The notes: generated by a model not told the origin, from the letters alone. Positions 50,305 through 62,848 are shown, numbered from the whole stretch's first letter. The stretch is 63,171 nucleotides of DNA, filler included, from Rhabdomonas costata (GCA_019059605.1; 42 parts of 42 records of this genome joined end to end with filler, not necessarily neighbours in it); one strand, 5' to 3'. Program-made: numbers and translations.

Positions 50305-51123
50305 TCACGGCGCCCTAGAAGGGGCAAGCCCGCTGCCAGGGGGCCCGCGCCACGCCTCCTCAGGGGGCCACGCTCGGGCCGCGGCCATGTGGGACGAGAT
50401 CGGGGGCAATTGCGGGGGACCCGCGGCCTCCTCCACTTTCTCCAGCCGGAACCGAGGCTGGTCGTCGATGACGTTGGTGTACCTTTTTGTTTACAGGCCG
50501 AGGGGCAATGCTTGATGCATCAACAGCGGACCGCGATCAAGGCGACACAGTATGGAAAAAGTTTTCAGCGGACATGCGATGAAAATGTCCTTTTGCTGAG
50601 CCAACCGGGGGTTAAGCTGCACTCCAGGAACACCAGATACCGGTGCTTGGCTCCGATGAGACGCGTGGGGGACAGTTTACAATGACGTTGGGGAGGTCAG
50701 CGCCTTAGCGTCTTATTCCAATGTAAAGCCTTGGTCGAAACAAGCGGCAGCGCGGAACACCAGTCGCACACGCACCCTACCCAAATCCAAGATGCTGCTC
50801 CCTCTCATGTCCCTGTATCCCCTCCGGACCACCTTTCCCCAGAGGGCATCCGCAGGGTCTTTTGGCTCTGCTGCTTCCCTGAGGCAGCCGTGGGGCTGTC
50901 AATGGAAGCCACAGCGCACAGGTCGGTGGTGGTTATGGTGCCGCCTGCCGCCGAGGCGGCCTCCAGAAGCCTTTCCGCGAAGCCCACTGCACCGCCCAAC
51001 GCCGGGGCGAGCCGGAGGTAGTCCAGCAGCATCGGCCGGGCTTGGGCGTAGTCCCCTAAATCGCGGCCCAAATTCCACAATACTAGCACTGATGCATCAG
51101 GACGAACAGTATGACCGATTATC
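50305..51123 (-). CDS. Unknown protein, last two exons
   Basis: Exons ~51123-50833 and 50482-50305 join in phase 2 (...MPSGER-YTNVIDDQPRFRLEKV...). Confidence 0.6.
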
Positions 51124-51403
51124 CTAGNNNNNNNNNNNNNNNNNNNNNNNNNNNNNNNNNNNNNNNNNNNNTTAATTAATTAANNNNNNNNNNNNNNNNN
51201 NNNNNNNNNNNNNNNNNNNNNNNNNNNAAAGTTTCAACTGAAAACAGAAAGCGGTTGCACCTGGAAAACAGGGGCAACATTGCTGTTTTAAATCCAGTCA
51301 CCAAGTCCATCTCTGGTACATTTCCTTTACCCGCACGTTTTTGCGTTGGTACACGACGTCTCTAATGCATGCTTGTCGTGCGGTTGTCATTCAATGACTG
51401 CAG

Positions 51404-52181
51404 CGTACCGCAGACGAAAGTGGGACCCTCCGAGACAGCCAGCCAACGCGGTACCAAGCGCAAGGCTTCTGTCATGGTTGTTGTGGACAAGGGTACCGGA
51501 GAGGAGCTTCAGGTTGCCGTCCGGCCGCGCAAGGCGAAGCGTCGCTCTCTGAATCCCCTAGAGGATACCTGGCAGGGGACGCGAGATGAGCGTCTGCTCA
51601 GAGAGGTGCGTAGTGCTCACTTCTCCGCGTTTCCACGCTGAAATGTATTTACTTTGGGCGGCCTTCAGTACGCCTTCAGTACAGAGTAGTGAAGTTGACG
51701 CAGTCGTTTGGAATCACAAAATTTTTCTTGCCGAACGCCTTGGAAGATTTTTTTGCACATAAAAGACCCCAAATGCTTGGTTCGTTATTGCCGTCAGTGC
51801 CTTTCACGAAGAAAATGAAAGAATGAATGTGGATTTTGCCTTGTAGCCAGTGTTTGCTGAACCAGCAGCAAATGGGAACCAGCTCTTGGGCACTCAGCTT
51901 CACCAGGGGTTGAGAGAGAGTTACACCATTTTGGAGGCAGTTTCGATATTGGTTTGTGAACAAGTGATGACCTTTTGGGACCATTTACAAAGGGTGACGG
52001 CATTTTGTGTTAGTCCCCTTCTCCTGTTGTCCCACCCGGTAGGTTTACGTTGGGAATTGTCCCGAGGGCACTGAGCGAGCCGATCTGGCACGGGCGTTTC
52101 GCTCCCTCGGAAAGAACGCTGTCGAGGACATCCACGTGGGCCGCAAAGGAGCTGCCTTTCGGAATTACTTCTTGGTTGCGG
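51404..52181 (+). CDS. RRM-domain protein, three exons
   Basis: Exons 51404-51605, 51847-~51939 and 52043-~52181 include VYVGNCPEGTERADLARAF (RNP2) and KGAAF (RNP1-like). Confidence 0.7.
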
Positions 52182-52488
52182 GTGTGCCTTTTTGCTGCGC
52201 CTCAGTTCATAAGAACTCGAACAGGCACTGTGGAGAACGTGCATTCCCAAGATTTGAACCCTGTTCTGCCTTAGTGTAAATGTTCGGTCGTGCCATTACC
52301 ACTCATGGTTGTACCGACGCGTTTTCCTTCGGACTCATTTTTGTTGAACTCCGCAAAATGCAGAGATACAAAAATTAAACATTTACCTGAATTTTGTTCG
52401 CTACCAAACTGGGGGTGGAGGTGAAGCGGTTAATTTTGTTAAATGACCCCCCCCCCTCTTTTTTAGCAACGGTCAAAAATTTTACAGC

Positions 52489-52622
52489 GGTGCTATAAAA
52501 TCTTCTATAAACATTTTGCTGAAGAGGGCTAAACCGAAGCAGGCCTGGGTCTTTTGTATATACAGCAGGCCTCCCGAAACGCTCCGTGGCCGGTCCTTGG
52601 GGTCAGGAGGAGAGTCCCGACC
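52489..52622 (+). ncRNA. Candidate hammerhead ribozyme within interspersed repeat copy C
   Basis: CTGAAGA (52519-52525), stem II closed by GGG/CCC with inner AGGCCTG/CAGGCCT, then GAAAC (52576-52580). Candidate cleavage triplets are GTC (52614-52616) or CTA (52493-52495). Confidence 0.5.
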
Positions 52623-53436
52623 TTTCACCCTCGNNNNNNNNNNNNNNNNNNNNNNNNNNNNNNNNNNNNNNNNNNNNTTAATTAATTAANNNNNNNNNNN
52701 NNNNNNNNNNNNNNNNNNNNNNNNNNNNNNNNNGGGTGTGGGTGGGATACCAGTGCCGTGGTTGGAAAGCATCGCAAAGGTGTTGAAAGAAGAGAAGAGA
52801 GAGAGAGAGAGAAAAGATGAGAAAAAAGATGAGCAGAGCCATTTATCTTTTCTTTTTCCCTGCAAACAAGAGACGGAATTGAAGGCACACGCCCAGCAGC
52901 AAGAATAATGCAGAACCGGAGCAGGTGAACCCAGATTTTTTTGTGATGTCTGAGGCTTGTTGCTGGCCTGTGGTGAGGGTGACTGGTGACTGAGACAGCC
53001 ATACAAGCCATTTTCCTTCCAGTGTCGGCAATTGACTCGAGTTCGCTCGCAGGGAAATAAAACTTGAGCACAGGCTCAAATCTGTTTGCAGTAACTTTGG
53101 GGTATGCAAACGGGCACAGTACCCACGCGCAGAACAGCACTTGCTTGCCTGCTCTGCTGCGCCGTGGCAAGGTTCTTGAAACCACGCAAGAGGCACGTGA
53201 ACATTGAATTGCTGCATCCCACCCTCCCTTCAGTATTCTGGTTTGGCAGATTGACCTTTTGGGCATTTTCGCAAATGCCCCCCACCCGTTCCCCACACAC
53301 TGAAAACAAGCTGCTTCGGCCGTCTTTGAACAGTAAGTTTATGGTTGTTAAGTTGGGATTCATCCCTCTCTCTCTCTAAGTCGCGCAAATGTCGTGAGTA
53401 GGGAGCATGTCTTTGGGTTTTCAGTGGTAGGAGTAC

Positions 53437-53549
53437 CTTGGCTGGCCCGGGTGCAGCTCAAAGCGAAGCCGTCGACCAGGAAGGAGTCCCGCGCGCTCTT
53501 GCCGTGCTGCTTCAGAATGCTGATCGCCTTCACAGGATACACATAGTCC
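53437..53549 (-). CDS. CCT1: T-complex protein 1 subunit alpha exon
   Basis: [34 protein letters not shown], bounded by cag and GTACTC. Confidence 0.9.
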
Positions 53550-55755
53550 CTGCAGACAGAAATGAAGTACGCGTCATTCTTCCTATTATTTTCTTGCGAC
53601 CTGGCACTGGACAGCATGCAAAGGAGCTACAATCCAATCGAATGCATAAACCAAGGCAAAACAGAAAAAAAGACTAAAGAACGGTCCGCAAAGATGAAGC
53701 CTATTCCCACAGTTGTGAGGAGGAGGAGGGCAAGACACACCCCAGGTCGTTCACTTGGCGGACGCTCTGCAGCGCGTCGACGCAAATCTTGCTAAAATGA
53801 TCCGACTCCCTGTGAGAGAAAACAATTGAAGCAGCGAAAAAGCGAAGAAGAGAAAAGAACATTTTCTCTGACAACAGCTCACTCATATATTTTCTTTTGG
53901 CAATTTTAATTTTTACAAAAACTGAAAAATCCCTGCACATGTGCTACCTTTGCACTAGCTTTGTTTGGGGTACGTTTGCTCAAAACTGGGTCTGTTGGCG
54001 TCTTTGCCGTTTGTTGAACTGTCAATGTCGGCGCTGCAACGCGAGTTTTGCAGGAACGGCAATTCGCAACACCGCGAGCAAACTCAACGTATTCGGTTGA
54101 ACTTGCCTGTGAAATGAGAAAGGAAAGTTTCAGGGAGGGNNNNNNNNNNNNNNNNNNNNNNNNNNNNNNNNNNNNNNNNNNNNTTAATTAATTAANNNNN
54201 NNNNNNNNNNNNNNNNNNNNNNNNNNNNNNNNNNNNNNNGGGTGGTTGGGGTACCTCGAGTGCTGTGAGGATTGGTCATCACACGCAGACGTGAATGCAC
54301 CCGCTCCCCGACCCGATTTTCCGAGCAGAAGACGTTCTGCGTTCTAGCCAAGCTAAGCGTGAACTGCTACGCACCCCTGTGACACATTGGGATCTACTGG
54401 ATGTTCATGCGAACTGTCGAAACGATGATACGCCCTATTCGTTGTCCCAATCGCTTGAGAACGGCTGCTGTCCCATTTTGAATGCGATTGTTCCCCACCA
54501 ATCCTTTTGCATCATATCCTGCCTGCATACTACTTCCGTGGAATTGTGGTTGCAAAATTTCCACCTCACAGAAGCCGATGAAGTTGGCTGACGTGTAGGC
54601 GATCCCTAGCCTGGGATTCGCTCCTGAATTTTCAAGGTCACTCAGCAGCCATCTTTGCAGAACGCCATTGATACAGTTTGTGGCGAATGCATTCATGCGA
54701 ATGTGTGTTTGCTTGTGCGAGTTTTCTGACGCCTTGCAGATGGAAAGGCGGGTCTTCTGGTTCGGTTCAATGGTCAAGGATCGGTTGTGCTGTGGGTTAG
54801 GGTTATCGTCTGGGTTATCGTTGTGACTGAGTTTAAACCTCCTGCGTCCTCGCTTGAGCGTCGGCTTTTCCTATAAATACCATTACCTGAGTTCTTTGCG
54901 AAGAGCCGCGTCAGGGTTCAGAAATGCATCGCCACCTCCCCCAAAAATCCTACTGTACCATCGCTGGGCTTTGGGCTTTGGCCCTCCAATAGGCCAGCGC
55001 AGACATGGAGGTCGGCCTCAGGGGCCTGCAATGATGCGTTGTTTCGTGCTTCTCTGTGTCGTGGACCATTGGACGACGGACATTGTTTGCATGTTTTGAC
55101 GACAGCAAAAAAAACATGATGTGTATTCTACCACTGCTGACATGTACCCCCCTTTCCAGGCCACTTTTGAACCGGACTATCGGACTATTGCCACGATTCT
55201 TCCCGTTCCTTTTTTTTTTGCGGCTGCGCGTGCAGGCTCTTCTTCTTGCTCTTTCCCTTGGTGCTTTGCTTTTTGCCCCAACTTTGCCTCACACTCCGGC
55301 TCATCGCGTTCGCCATCAGAGGAGCTGGGCAGGATGGCGAAGAACTCAGGTGTGAGAGGTGTGAATGAGGGGGATGATAAAGAGGAAGTGAGGTCATGGG
55401 TATATCCCGCACTCCGCCATTGCTGCGGGCATCCACTTTTCTGATTGTCCTTTTCTCATTGTCGTTGGCTTATTGGTGAGATTTTGATCGTGTATGTGGG
55501 TGGCGAGTTTGTTCGAGACTCCGGTCATCTCCAAGCAACTTGTCCCCAATCAGGCACCTGCTGACTCCCATGTTCCAGAGGGGAATTCCTGGTTGGGGTG
55601 GGGCCAGAGTTGCCTTCACCACCACAAACCAAACACACCCACCACNNNNNNNNNNNNNNNNNNNNNNNNNNNNNNNNNNNNNNNNNNNNTTAATTAATTA
55701 ANNNNNNNNNNNNNNNNNNNNNNNNNNNNNNNNNNNNNNNNNNNNGGTTGGGGGG

Positions 55756-55840
55756 GTAGCCCGTAGAGGCCTCAACATCCAGTGTCAGGCCACGCTGCAT
55801 GCGTGGCCTGACACTGGATGTTGAGGCCTCTACGGGCTAC
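55756..55840. repeat. Perfect 40-bp hairpin at contig start (likely fold-back chimera)
   Basis: Arms 55756-55795 and 55801-55840, immediately after the G/T leader. Confidence 0.85.
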
Positions 55841-56154
55841 TTCCCCGCCCTCTCTACCCGCTTTTCATATGCCCTGTCCCAGTCAGCAAACAAATTGCTG
55901 CAAGTTAATGGCCATGCTGGGCAATGGTACTCTCCCTTTAACGCAGCACTGGCGATGACAAAAGATCAAAAAACGACCGAAGGGAGACGTCACCTCAAGG
56001 ATCGGTTCGCAACTTTGACAGAGAAAGACTATTCAGTGCAACAGGACTCCAAAAAATTAAGCTTACGTTAGGTAAGGCTACCGGAGGTGTGAACGCCCAG
56101 CGCCGTTCCTTGGTCTTTTTTTTTTGTGTTTTGAATACTGCTTTGGCCCCGTAG

Positions 56155-57004
56155 TGCTACGCCGTGCCCAGCATTGACACCAACAGGATGGTGAACCGCC
56201 TGAAGCACATCTGCCGCAGCCAGAACCTTCAGTATGACCGCATGGCCCTACAGCAGCTCTGCCAGCTTGCGCAAGGTATTCAGTTGGTGTATGCTGCCCA
56301 CCTTTTTGTGTGCGGAGCACCCTTTTTGTGCGGAGTCTCCACACTGCCTGCGCTTGTGGCTTTGTTTTTGCGTTTGGCCGCTTTTGACCTGTGTGCAGGG
56401 GACATTCGGAGTTGCCTGAACACACTTCAGTTCCTGAAGCTCAGAGGGGAGCGTGTGACGGCGAACACCATCCAGACCAGCCACGTTGGTGCATGACTAT
56501 GATTTTCCACCGGAATCGCTCTTCTGTTTTAGACGGAAGTTTGGAGTTCTGAAAATACGCTGACGTGTTGACGTGCCTTTTATTTACGGAGTGAATTGCA
56601 CAATGCCGGGAAGTGGAATGGGCCTTTTTAGCTGGAGAACGAGGGTAAGTCGAGTGAAGGGCTGAAACCGCAGGCACTGTGAACTGCCAAGAAAGATACT
56701 CACAAATTTTGATGCTTCCTGATCCGACGTGAAAAACGGAACTTTGCGCTCGATTCCGGAAAGGCCTATGAAAAAAATTCCCATTTAGAGGTAACTTTCT
56801 TTGAGCGTGGGTCTTGCGTTCAGCGCAGTTTGCTCTGACTTCCGCGTTCGCCGTTCCCTTTCTCCCGTTCCCCGCTCCCGCGAAGGGATCAAGGACCAGA
56901 CCAGGGAGCTGTTCGCAATGCTGGAGCTGCTGTTTCATCGGAAGGAGAAGGCACAGTATGCGAAGCTCCTGGCTGAGATTCGCCGCTCCCAGCCCGCTGC
57001 TTCG
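56155..57004 (+). CDS. CTF18: Chromosome transmission fidelity factor 18 (RFC-like), three exons
   Basis: Exons 56155-56275, 56399-56488 and 56886-57004 give RLKHICR...GDIRSCLNTLQFL...VGIKDQTRELF. Confidence 0.9.
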
Positions 57005-57432
57005 GTGTGTTCTGAGGCCAAGGGTGAGGCGAACAGAGAACTACATTGTTCTGTAAAAAAGAACTTTCCGGTTGCCCTCGGGAACAACTATGCCCTTGTA
57101 TACAAGTTACTCGTAAAGTTTACTTGGTGTGTTTGCCCCCCATGGGTGGTCNNNNNNNNNNNNNNNNNNNNNNNNNNNNNNNNNNNNNNNNNNNNTTAAT
57201 TAATTAANNNNNNNNNNNNNNNNNNNNNNNNNNNNNNNNNNNNNNNNNNNNGTGTTGTGTTGGGCCATCAAAAATACATTAGAAGGAAACCAGGACGGCG
57301 CTTATGAACACGGAGCAACAATTAGACAATGACAAGGTAACAAATAATCCAAGACAAATGGCATAAGAGTTATCATTCCTTTTCTCCTCCTGCACACATC
57401 CACTCAGGTAGCCAGCTCCTGCGAACGCATAC

Positions 57433-58446
57433 CGGCCTCCTGGTAAAGGTTCTTGGTGAACGGCTGCAGCGGCTCGGCGGCCCAGTTGGGGGGAACCAAT
57501 ACCGGGCAGGTCGGCCCGACATCATCGGAAGCCACTGGCATCCCTCCCCCAGTAGTAGGCCCCGGCCCCGCCATCATCGCTGCGGCATGACTGCCAAACG
57601 GAGGCAACCCCGGTAGACCACCGTGCTGCTGCTGCTGCTGCTGCGGCGGCGGCTGGAAGGAATGCTGTGAGGGCTGCGGCTGATATTGTTGCTGCTGCTG
57701 CTGCTGCTGCTGCTGCGCGAAAGCCAAGGCCATCATCGGAGAGAGTCCGCGGGCGAGGGCAGCGAGGGCTTGGGCGGGAAGGCCGGACACAAGGGAGGCG
57801 CCGGTGGCCCCAATATGAGCCCCGAGAAAGGCCGAGGGGGGCAAAGGTGGCGCGGAGGTGCCCCTATTTTCGCGTCCAGGGAGTCCAAGTGGGCAAAATG
57901 ACCCAGCTGACGGCTGGCACAGATAAATTTACGACGATTCCAACTAAGACCAAAGAATACAAAAGTTGCATCATATACAGAGGTGCACGCAATACGTCCC
58001 TCCTCTGTCTTCGATTCGGCTCCGCAGGGTAAGGAGAAGAAAAGTGCAACCGGCCACCACTTCAACCAAAATTTCGGTGTGATGAGAGAGACTGCACCCA
58101 CCGACAGAGGGCATATGAGGCTCAGGGACAGCTGCTGGGGTGTCAATAACACCTACGCAATGTCCTATGTTCTTATGTATGATGAAAACCCCCCAACTAG
58201 AAATGCTGCATAAGAAAATGCCCCGCCAGCTCCCAACTTGGGTCCAAGAGTACAAAAAAAAGAAGCAGAAAAGGAAGAGAGACGGCCGAAACCCCCTCGA
58301 GGCGAAGTGAGGGTCCACATAGGATGGCGCCCCAGTGCTGCTGCTCGGAATATCTCGGGAATACTGTGAGGTGGCTTGCAGGGTTCGAGCAGCCTCCGAG
58401 GCACCGGAGGCTTCACCGCTGCTGAGAGCTGGGCGAGCTTGAGGCT
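57433..58446 (-). CDS. PolyQ low-complexity N-terminus of a DDX5/Dbp2-like DEAD-box helicase
   Basis: Exons 58446-58293 and 57863-57433 join in phase 2 and end WAAEPLQPFTKNLYQE, the W...L.PF.KN.Y.E motif that precedes the helicase core. Confidence 0.65.
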
Positions 58447-58757
58447 CTGCAGAAAAGCAGTGGGCGAAAGAGGCAGGAGACAGCGGCTGCAGCAACTCGA
58501 GGATAGGACATACCGGCACCAAACACGGTGCGAACACGGTGAAGGGCACCGCTTTCGAGCTCCAAAACCCGAAACGGATGCCGTTACGGCCAGGCGGCCA
58601 GGAAAGATCAGAAAAGTGAAGTCGTGTGGCTCCAACAACCACCAAACACACCCACACNNNNNNNNNNNNNNNNNNNNNNNNNNNNNNNNNNNNNNNNNNN
58701 NTTAATTAATTAANNNNNNNNNNNNNNNNNNNNNNNNNNNNNNNNNNNNNNNNNNNN

Positions 58758-59998
58758 TGGTCAGGGCTTCAAACCAGGCCCGGTCTTCCCCGTCCTGGGA
58801 CTCCCACATCTGCACGCCATTGTTCCACCAGTACACAGCTCCATCCCTGTGGCAGATGTTCACGGAGTCCCCGCCATCCCACCACCTCAGGGATTCCGAG
58901 CCCTTCCTCAGGCAGTAGTCCACCACAAGCTCGGCCTGCTTTCCCACAAGAGGAGAGCGGGCCTTGGCCTCCTCCAGCAACCTCTGAACGTGAACGACGC
59001 ACAGAGCAACAAGAGAATGCAGGCGCAGCTTCCAAGTGGAAAGCTCAGAAAGTACAAGCACAACACCACCCACCACAATGAGACGAAAAATACAAGTTTG
59101 ACAACAGATAGACACGGTACTCGCTATTATGAAAGTTAAATTTGCCCAATTCAAATGATGGCTAAATCCGGGTGAAGGTTACGCTTGATTTTCTTATTCA
59201 GTATGACGGTCAGAGCTTTTCAGCTTCTGGTCATCGAAATTATGATGATAGAGGCGTTTACTCGACCCTGCCCCAGTTTCTGTGAGTTTTTACGCCTTGT
59301 GGGGGTCGGGTGATTGCTTTCACGCGTGCATGTACGCCCGGGACCCGAGGGGAAGGCAGTGGACTTTGGCCTGTTGTGCGGTGAGCATGAACCCCAGGAC
59401 CCAGTACTCCCAGCAGTGCAATAGGGAGCACCCATAGGCAACGCGCGTGTATGCGACTGACAACTTTTCTGTTTCGATCTTTTCATCAACGCTTGGTTCC
59501 ATCTATCGTCTTTTCTTCTCTCTGCCTCAAATCAAAAATAAGCATCCTCATGGAGACTTTCTTTGCCTTATGCACCCCATTTCCGGGGAAAATTCCGCCG
59601 CAACCAGGTTTAACTTAAAAACACAGCCCTTTGTCCATTTCCACCAGTCCACGAGTAAAAGTAGCAAAAGTCGGGAAATGCACGAAGTCAAAGCGAAATG
59701 AGTTGTCCATTCGACTACTGAGTACACCAGACTGGCCCGCTGAAGGCATGCGGCAGCAGACCTGAAAAGATTCAGGGAGAAGCTCGAACTTGTCAAGTTC
59801 CCACGACCACAACACGTTGGGATCCGGGGAGTCAAAGAATGACGCCTCGTCGCCGCGGCCCTCCTTCACTTGGTGGGGCTTGCCGTCCAGCAGGAAGTCC
59901 ATCGTCCCAAAGGTGCTCCAGCCCGAGGGTCGCTCCGTGCCTCCCGTCCAGCGATACCATTTCCTGCTCTCAAGGTTCGTCACCCGCTTTGAGGCATC
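58758..59998 (-). CDS. Unknown Trp-rich protein exons
   Basis: Exons 59998-59762 and 58983-<58758 are GC3-rich with AG/GT borders, both phase 0. Confidence 0.55.
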
Positions 59999-60274
59999 CT
60001 GCGGCACGGCAATCGTCCCACAAACCACGAATTTAGCCAACGCAGGACATTGCAAGATCCTTCTGCCGTTTTGGGGATGCTTCAGGACAATTTTTGAGAG
60101 CCTGAAAATACGACGTCCATCAGTCGTGAAATTTTATCCAACACCCCCCAAACACACCCACACNNNNNNNNNNNNNNNNNNNNNNNNNNNNNNNNNNNNN
60201 NNNNNNNTTAATTAATTAANNNNNNNNNNNNNNNNNNNNNNNNNNNNNNNNNNNNNNNNNNNNTGTGGTGGGGG

Positions 60275-61282
60275 GGCTTGAGTTGCGTGGTGGGGGTCGA
60301 ACAAAGGCTGTGGCAAGACTCTCGCCTTTGGGATCCCTGCGGTGCTGCATGCGCGAGCGGCGCGCCAGTTTTTCCGCGTGCGGGGTCTGCTTGGCCCCTT
60401 CGCGCTGGTGATCTCCCCGTCCAGGTGTGCAGTTGGGTTGTGCTTTTTCTGTGGCCCGTCCTCGCAAACTTTGGTGGCAGCGGCCTCCTGAATGCACAGA
60501 CTGATGCAGATCCATGGGAACGGTGTCTTCTTCCTTTTTTGCGTCCGAGGAATGGCATGAACGCACGAAATAACTCCTTTCCTAATTTTGATTGTTTTTG
60601 TCCCTTTATCTGTGGTGTTGTGCTTTTATACATGCCTTGAGGTCGGATCGAAAGGGTAAATTGCTCTTTATGCCATTCCAAGTGACGCTAGTTTTTGCCA
60701 TGCCAGTTTGCTAGAGGTACAACTGCGCAATCTTTGATTCTCGGTTTGTGGCGCTTGCATTTTGAAGGGAGCTTGCGGAGCAGACCTCGAGGGTGCTGAA
60801 GGAGTACTGCCTTCCTGAGGAGGTCCAGTGCTGCGCAGTAGTGGGCGGTGCCGCCTCCAGCAATGCCCGCCAAAGCACGGTCATCGACACCCCCTTCCCC
60901 GCCGCCAGTTTCCTTGGCCTCTCTCTTCTGATGTTAGATTTAGCACCTCCCGAAGAGTGGCAGATGAAGAAACTCCTCTTCTTTTAAAGAGCGAACACGA
61001 ACGCTCCCCATGTGAGGAACAACATTGGGAAGAAGGGTTGGTGTGAGCACAAAAAAAGGGCTGGTGGAACCTGCCGACCACCCCGTCTTCCTCTCAACCT
61101 CGCGGGGGAGCGGGAAAGTGGATTTCGCGCTGGCGCCGTGGCAGAAAATTTTGCAGAGTGTTTGGGAATCCCAAATCATTGTTGCACCGTCGCAGGCCTT
61201 GCAGCGAGGGCGGGATGTCGTGGTTGCGACCTCTGGGCGGCTGCTGGACCTTATTCAGGCAGCGACGGTGTCCTTGCAGCGG
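60275..61282 (+). CDS. DEAD-box RNA helicase (motifs I, Ia, GG, Ib)
   Basis: Exons ~60275-60424, 60768-60879 and 61196-61282 give GCGKTLAFGIP, ALVISPSRELA, VVGG and DVVVATSGRLLDL. Confidence 0.9.
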
Positions 61283-62082
61283 GTACGCAGACGTGCCATT
61301 ACGTTATTCAACGTTTGTGGTGTCACTACTCTGACATGCGTTTTTCGGTCCCTGTGAATCTTCGGACTCCTTTTTCCGTGCCCCGTGATCCATGTGGCCG
61401 TGTCCCCTTGCGTCCACTCAAATGGGCGTCTCAAGTTCCAGAAATTAGGCATGATTGGAGCTGCCGTTGTTTTAGTTGGCATTGGGAGACGTCATGTGAA
61501 TTGGCGATCTTGTTAATGAGTTAGTAGTTAGGGAATTGAGAACGTGCGAAGGTCGAAAAACCACAGTCGTGGCCACCTGCACCTCATCAAACGTAAAGAC
61601 ATCAAAGGAGAAGTGGCATCACGTACACCGAAATTGTTTTTGCAACCCTTCACCCACACACCCCCNNNNNNNNNNNNNNNNNNNNNNNNNNNNNNNNNNN
61701 NNNNNNNNNTTAATTAATTAANNNNNNNNNNNNNNNNNNNNNNNNNNNNNNNNNNNNNNNNNNNNGGGGTGTGGGAGGGTGCGTGCGTGTTGGGGTGGGA
61801 CCGACAGAATGAGCGCGGCACGACAGAAGGTCCCATTCGTAATATTTATGCGACAGAAATGAAAGAGAAAAGGATGGCACTGTCTCCGCACCTGTGGCTG
61901 CACCTCAGCAGTGCTAAAAAAAAAGAATCAGGGTCTCTTTCTCGTACAGCCCGATGAGCAGTTTCTGAACCTCAGCACACCAAACAGCTTTTTCTGCCCT
62001 GGTTTCCCGCTAACTGTGCCTGTTACATTCAACGAAGGGAAAGAAGGAGCCTTCCATCTCCGATTTCTGCTCCCTGGCATAC

Positions 62083-62729
62083 TGGGATGAAGGGGATGGC
62101 CTTGAGCCACGGGCTGGGCTTCTGCATTCGGGCGCGGTTGCACCAGACCATCAAAAAGCAAATAATGTTGGTGGTCAGCAGCACCGAGAAGCACGCCACA
62201 CCCCAGGGGATGGGCTTCTTTATGAGGAAGTTCACCTTTCAAGAAAAACACCCCGAGTCGGAAAATGAGTGGATGCATTTCCCATCACTGTGATTCCGGA
62301 GAATATATGGCCCCCTGCGATACGCGCCCCAGAGGTTACTTCGCTGACAGCGCCAATGCCTAACACTCCTAAAGCACACGCACGCACGCACAATTACACA
62401 CCGCAACGATGAAGTCACTGATAGCATCGATGGCGAGCACGCTGTAGGACAACGTAAACTCGGTAAGAATCACCACTTGGCTGCTGAGAACATGATCCAC
62501 AAATCTGTTCAGATCAGCAATCATGAGCACATCAGAAGGAGCCCAGGGCTTAAAAAAAGGATTATCACTGGAAACACGCAGCCTGAAAAGCCAAGCAGGG
62601 CGGAGAGAATCCACGTGATCCAGGGAGGCACGTGCTGTAGATACGCTGGATCGTCAGCAATGGACCATACATACGCTACAGCAAGTTGTCTCTTCACGAG
62701 GATCACCACAAACCTGGCTGTCTGATTGA
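62083..62729 (-). CDS. Multi-pass membrane protein with an XK-related-like segment (one internal frameshift)
   Basis: Exons 62729-62402 and 62235-62083. LAIDAISDFIVAVNFLIKKPIPWGVACFSVLL resembles the XK pattern D..SD..VA..Y......WG. Confidence 0.5.
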
Positions 62730-62848
62730 CTGCCTGCGGCTACCACCCACCACGTTTTCTGTACTCACCACCTTCCCGGAATCGTTCTTTTGCCTTCTTC
62801 CTTTGCCACTGAACTATTCGCCAGCGCCGTTCGCCATTTTCTTTCGCA

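Noticed and set aside
54794-54820. GGGTTAGGGTTA interstitial telomere-like sequence
   Set aside because: Only two units, which is compatible with chance.
60285-60300. Recurrent 1-nt frameshifts as nuclear RNA editing
   Set aside because: The direction is mixed (an extra G here, missing bases elsewhere), all are at homopolymers, and the T6/A7 mismatch between the fold-back arms at 23912-24000 shows slippage in the library.
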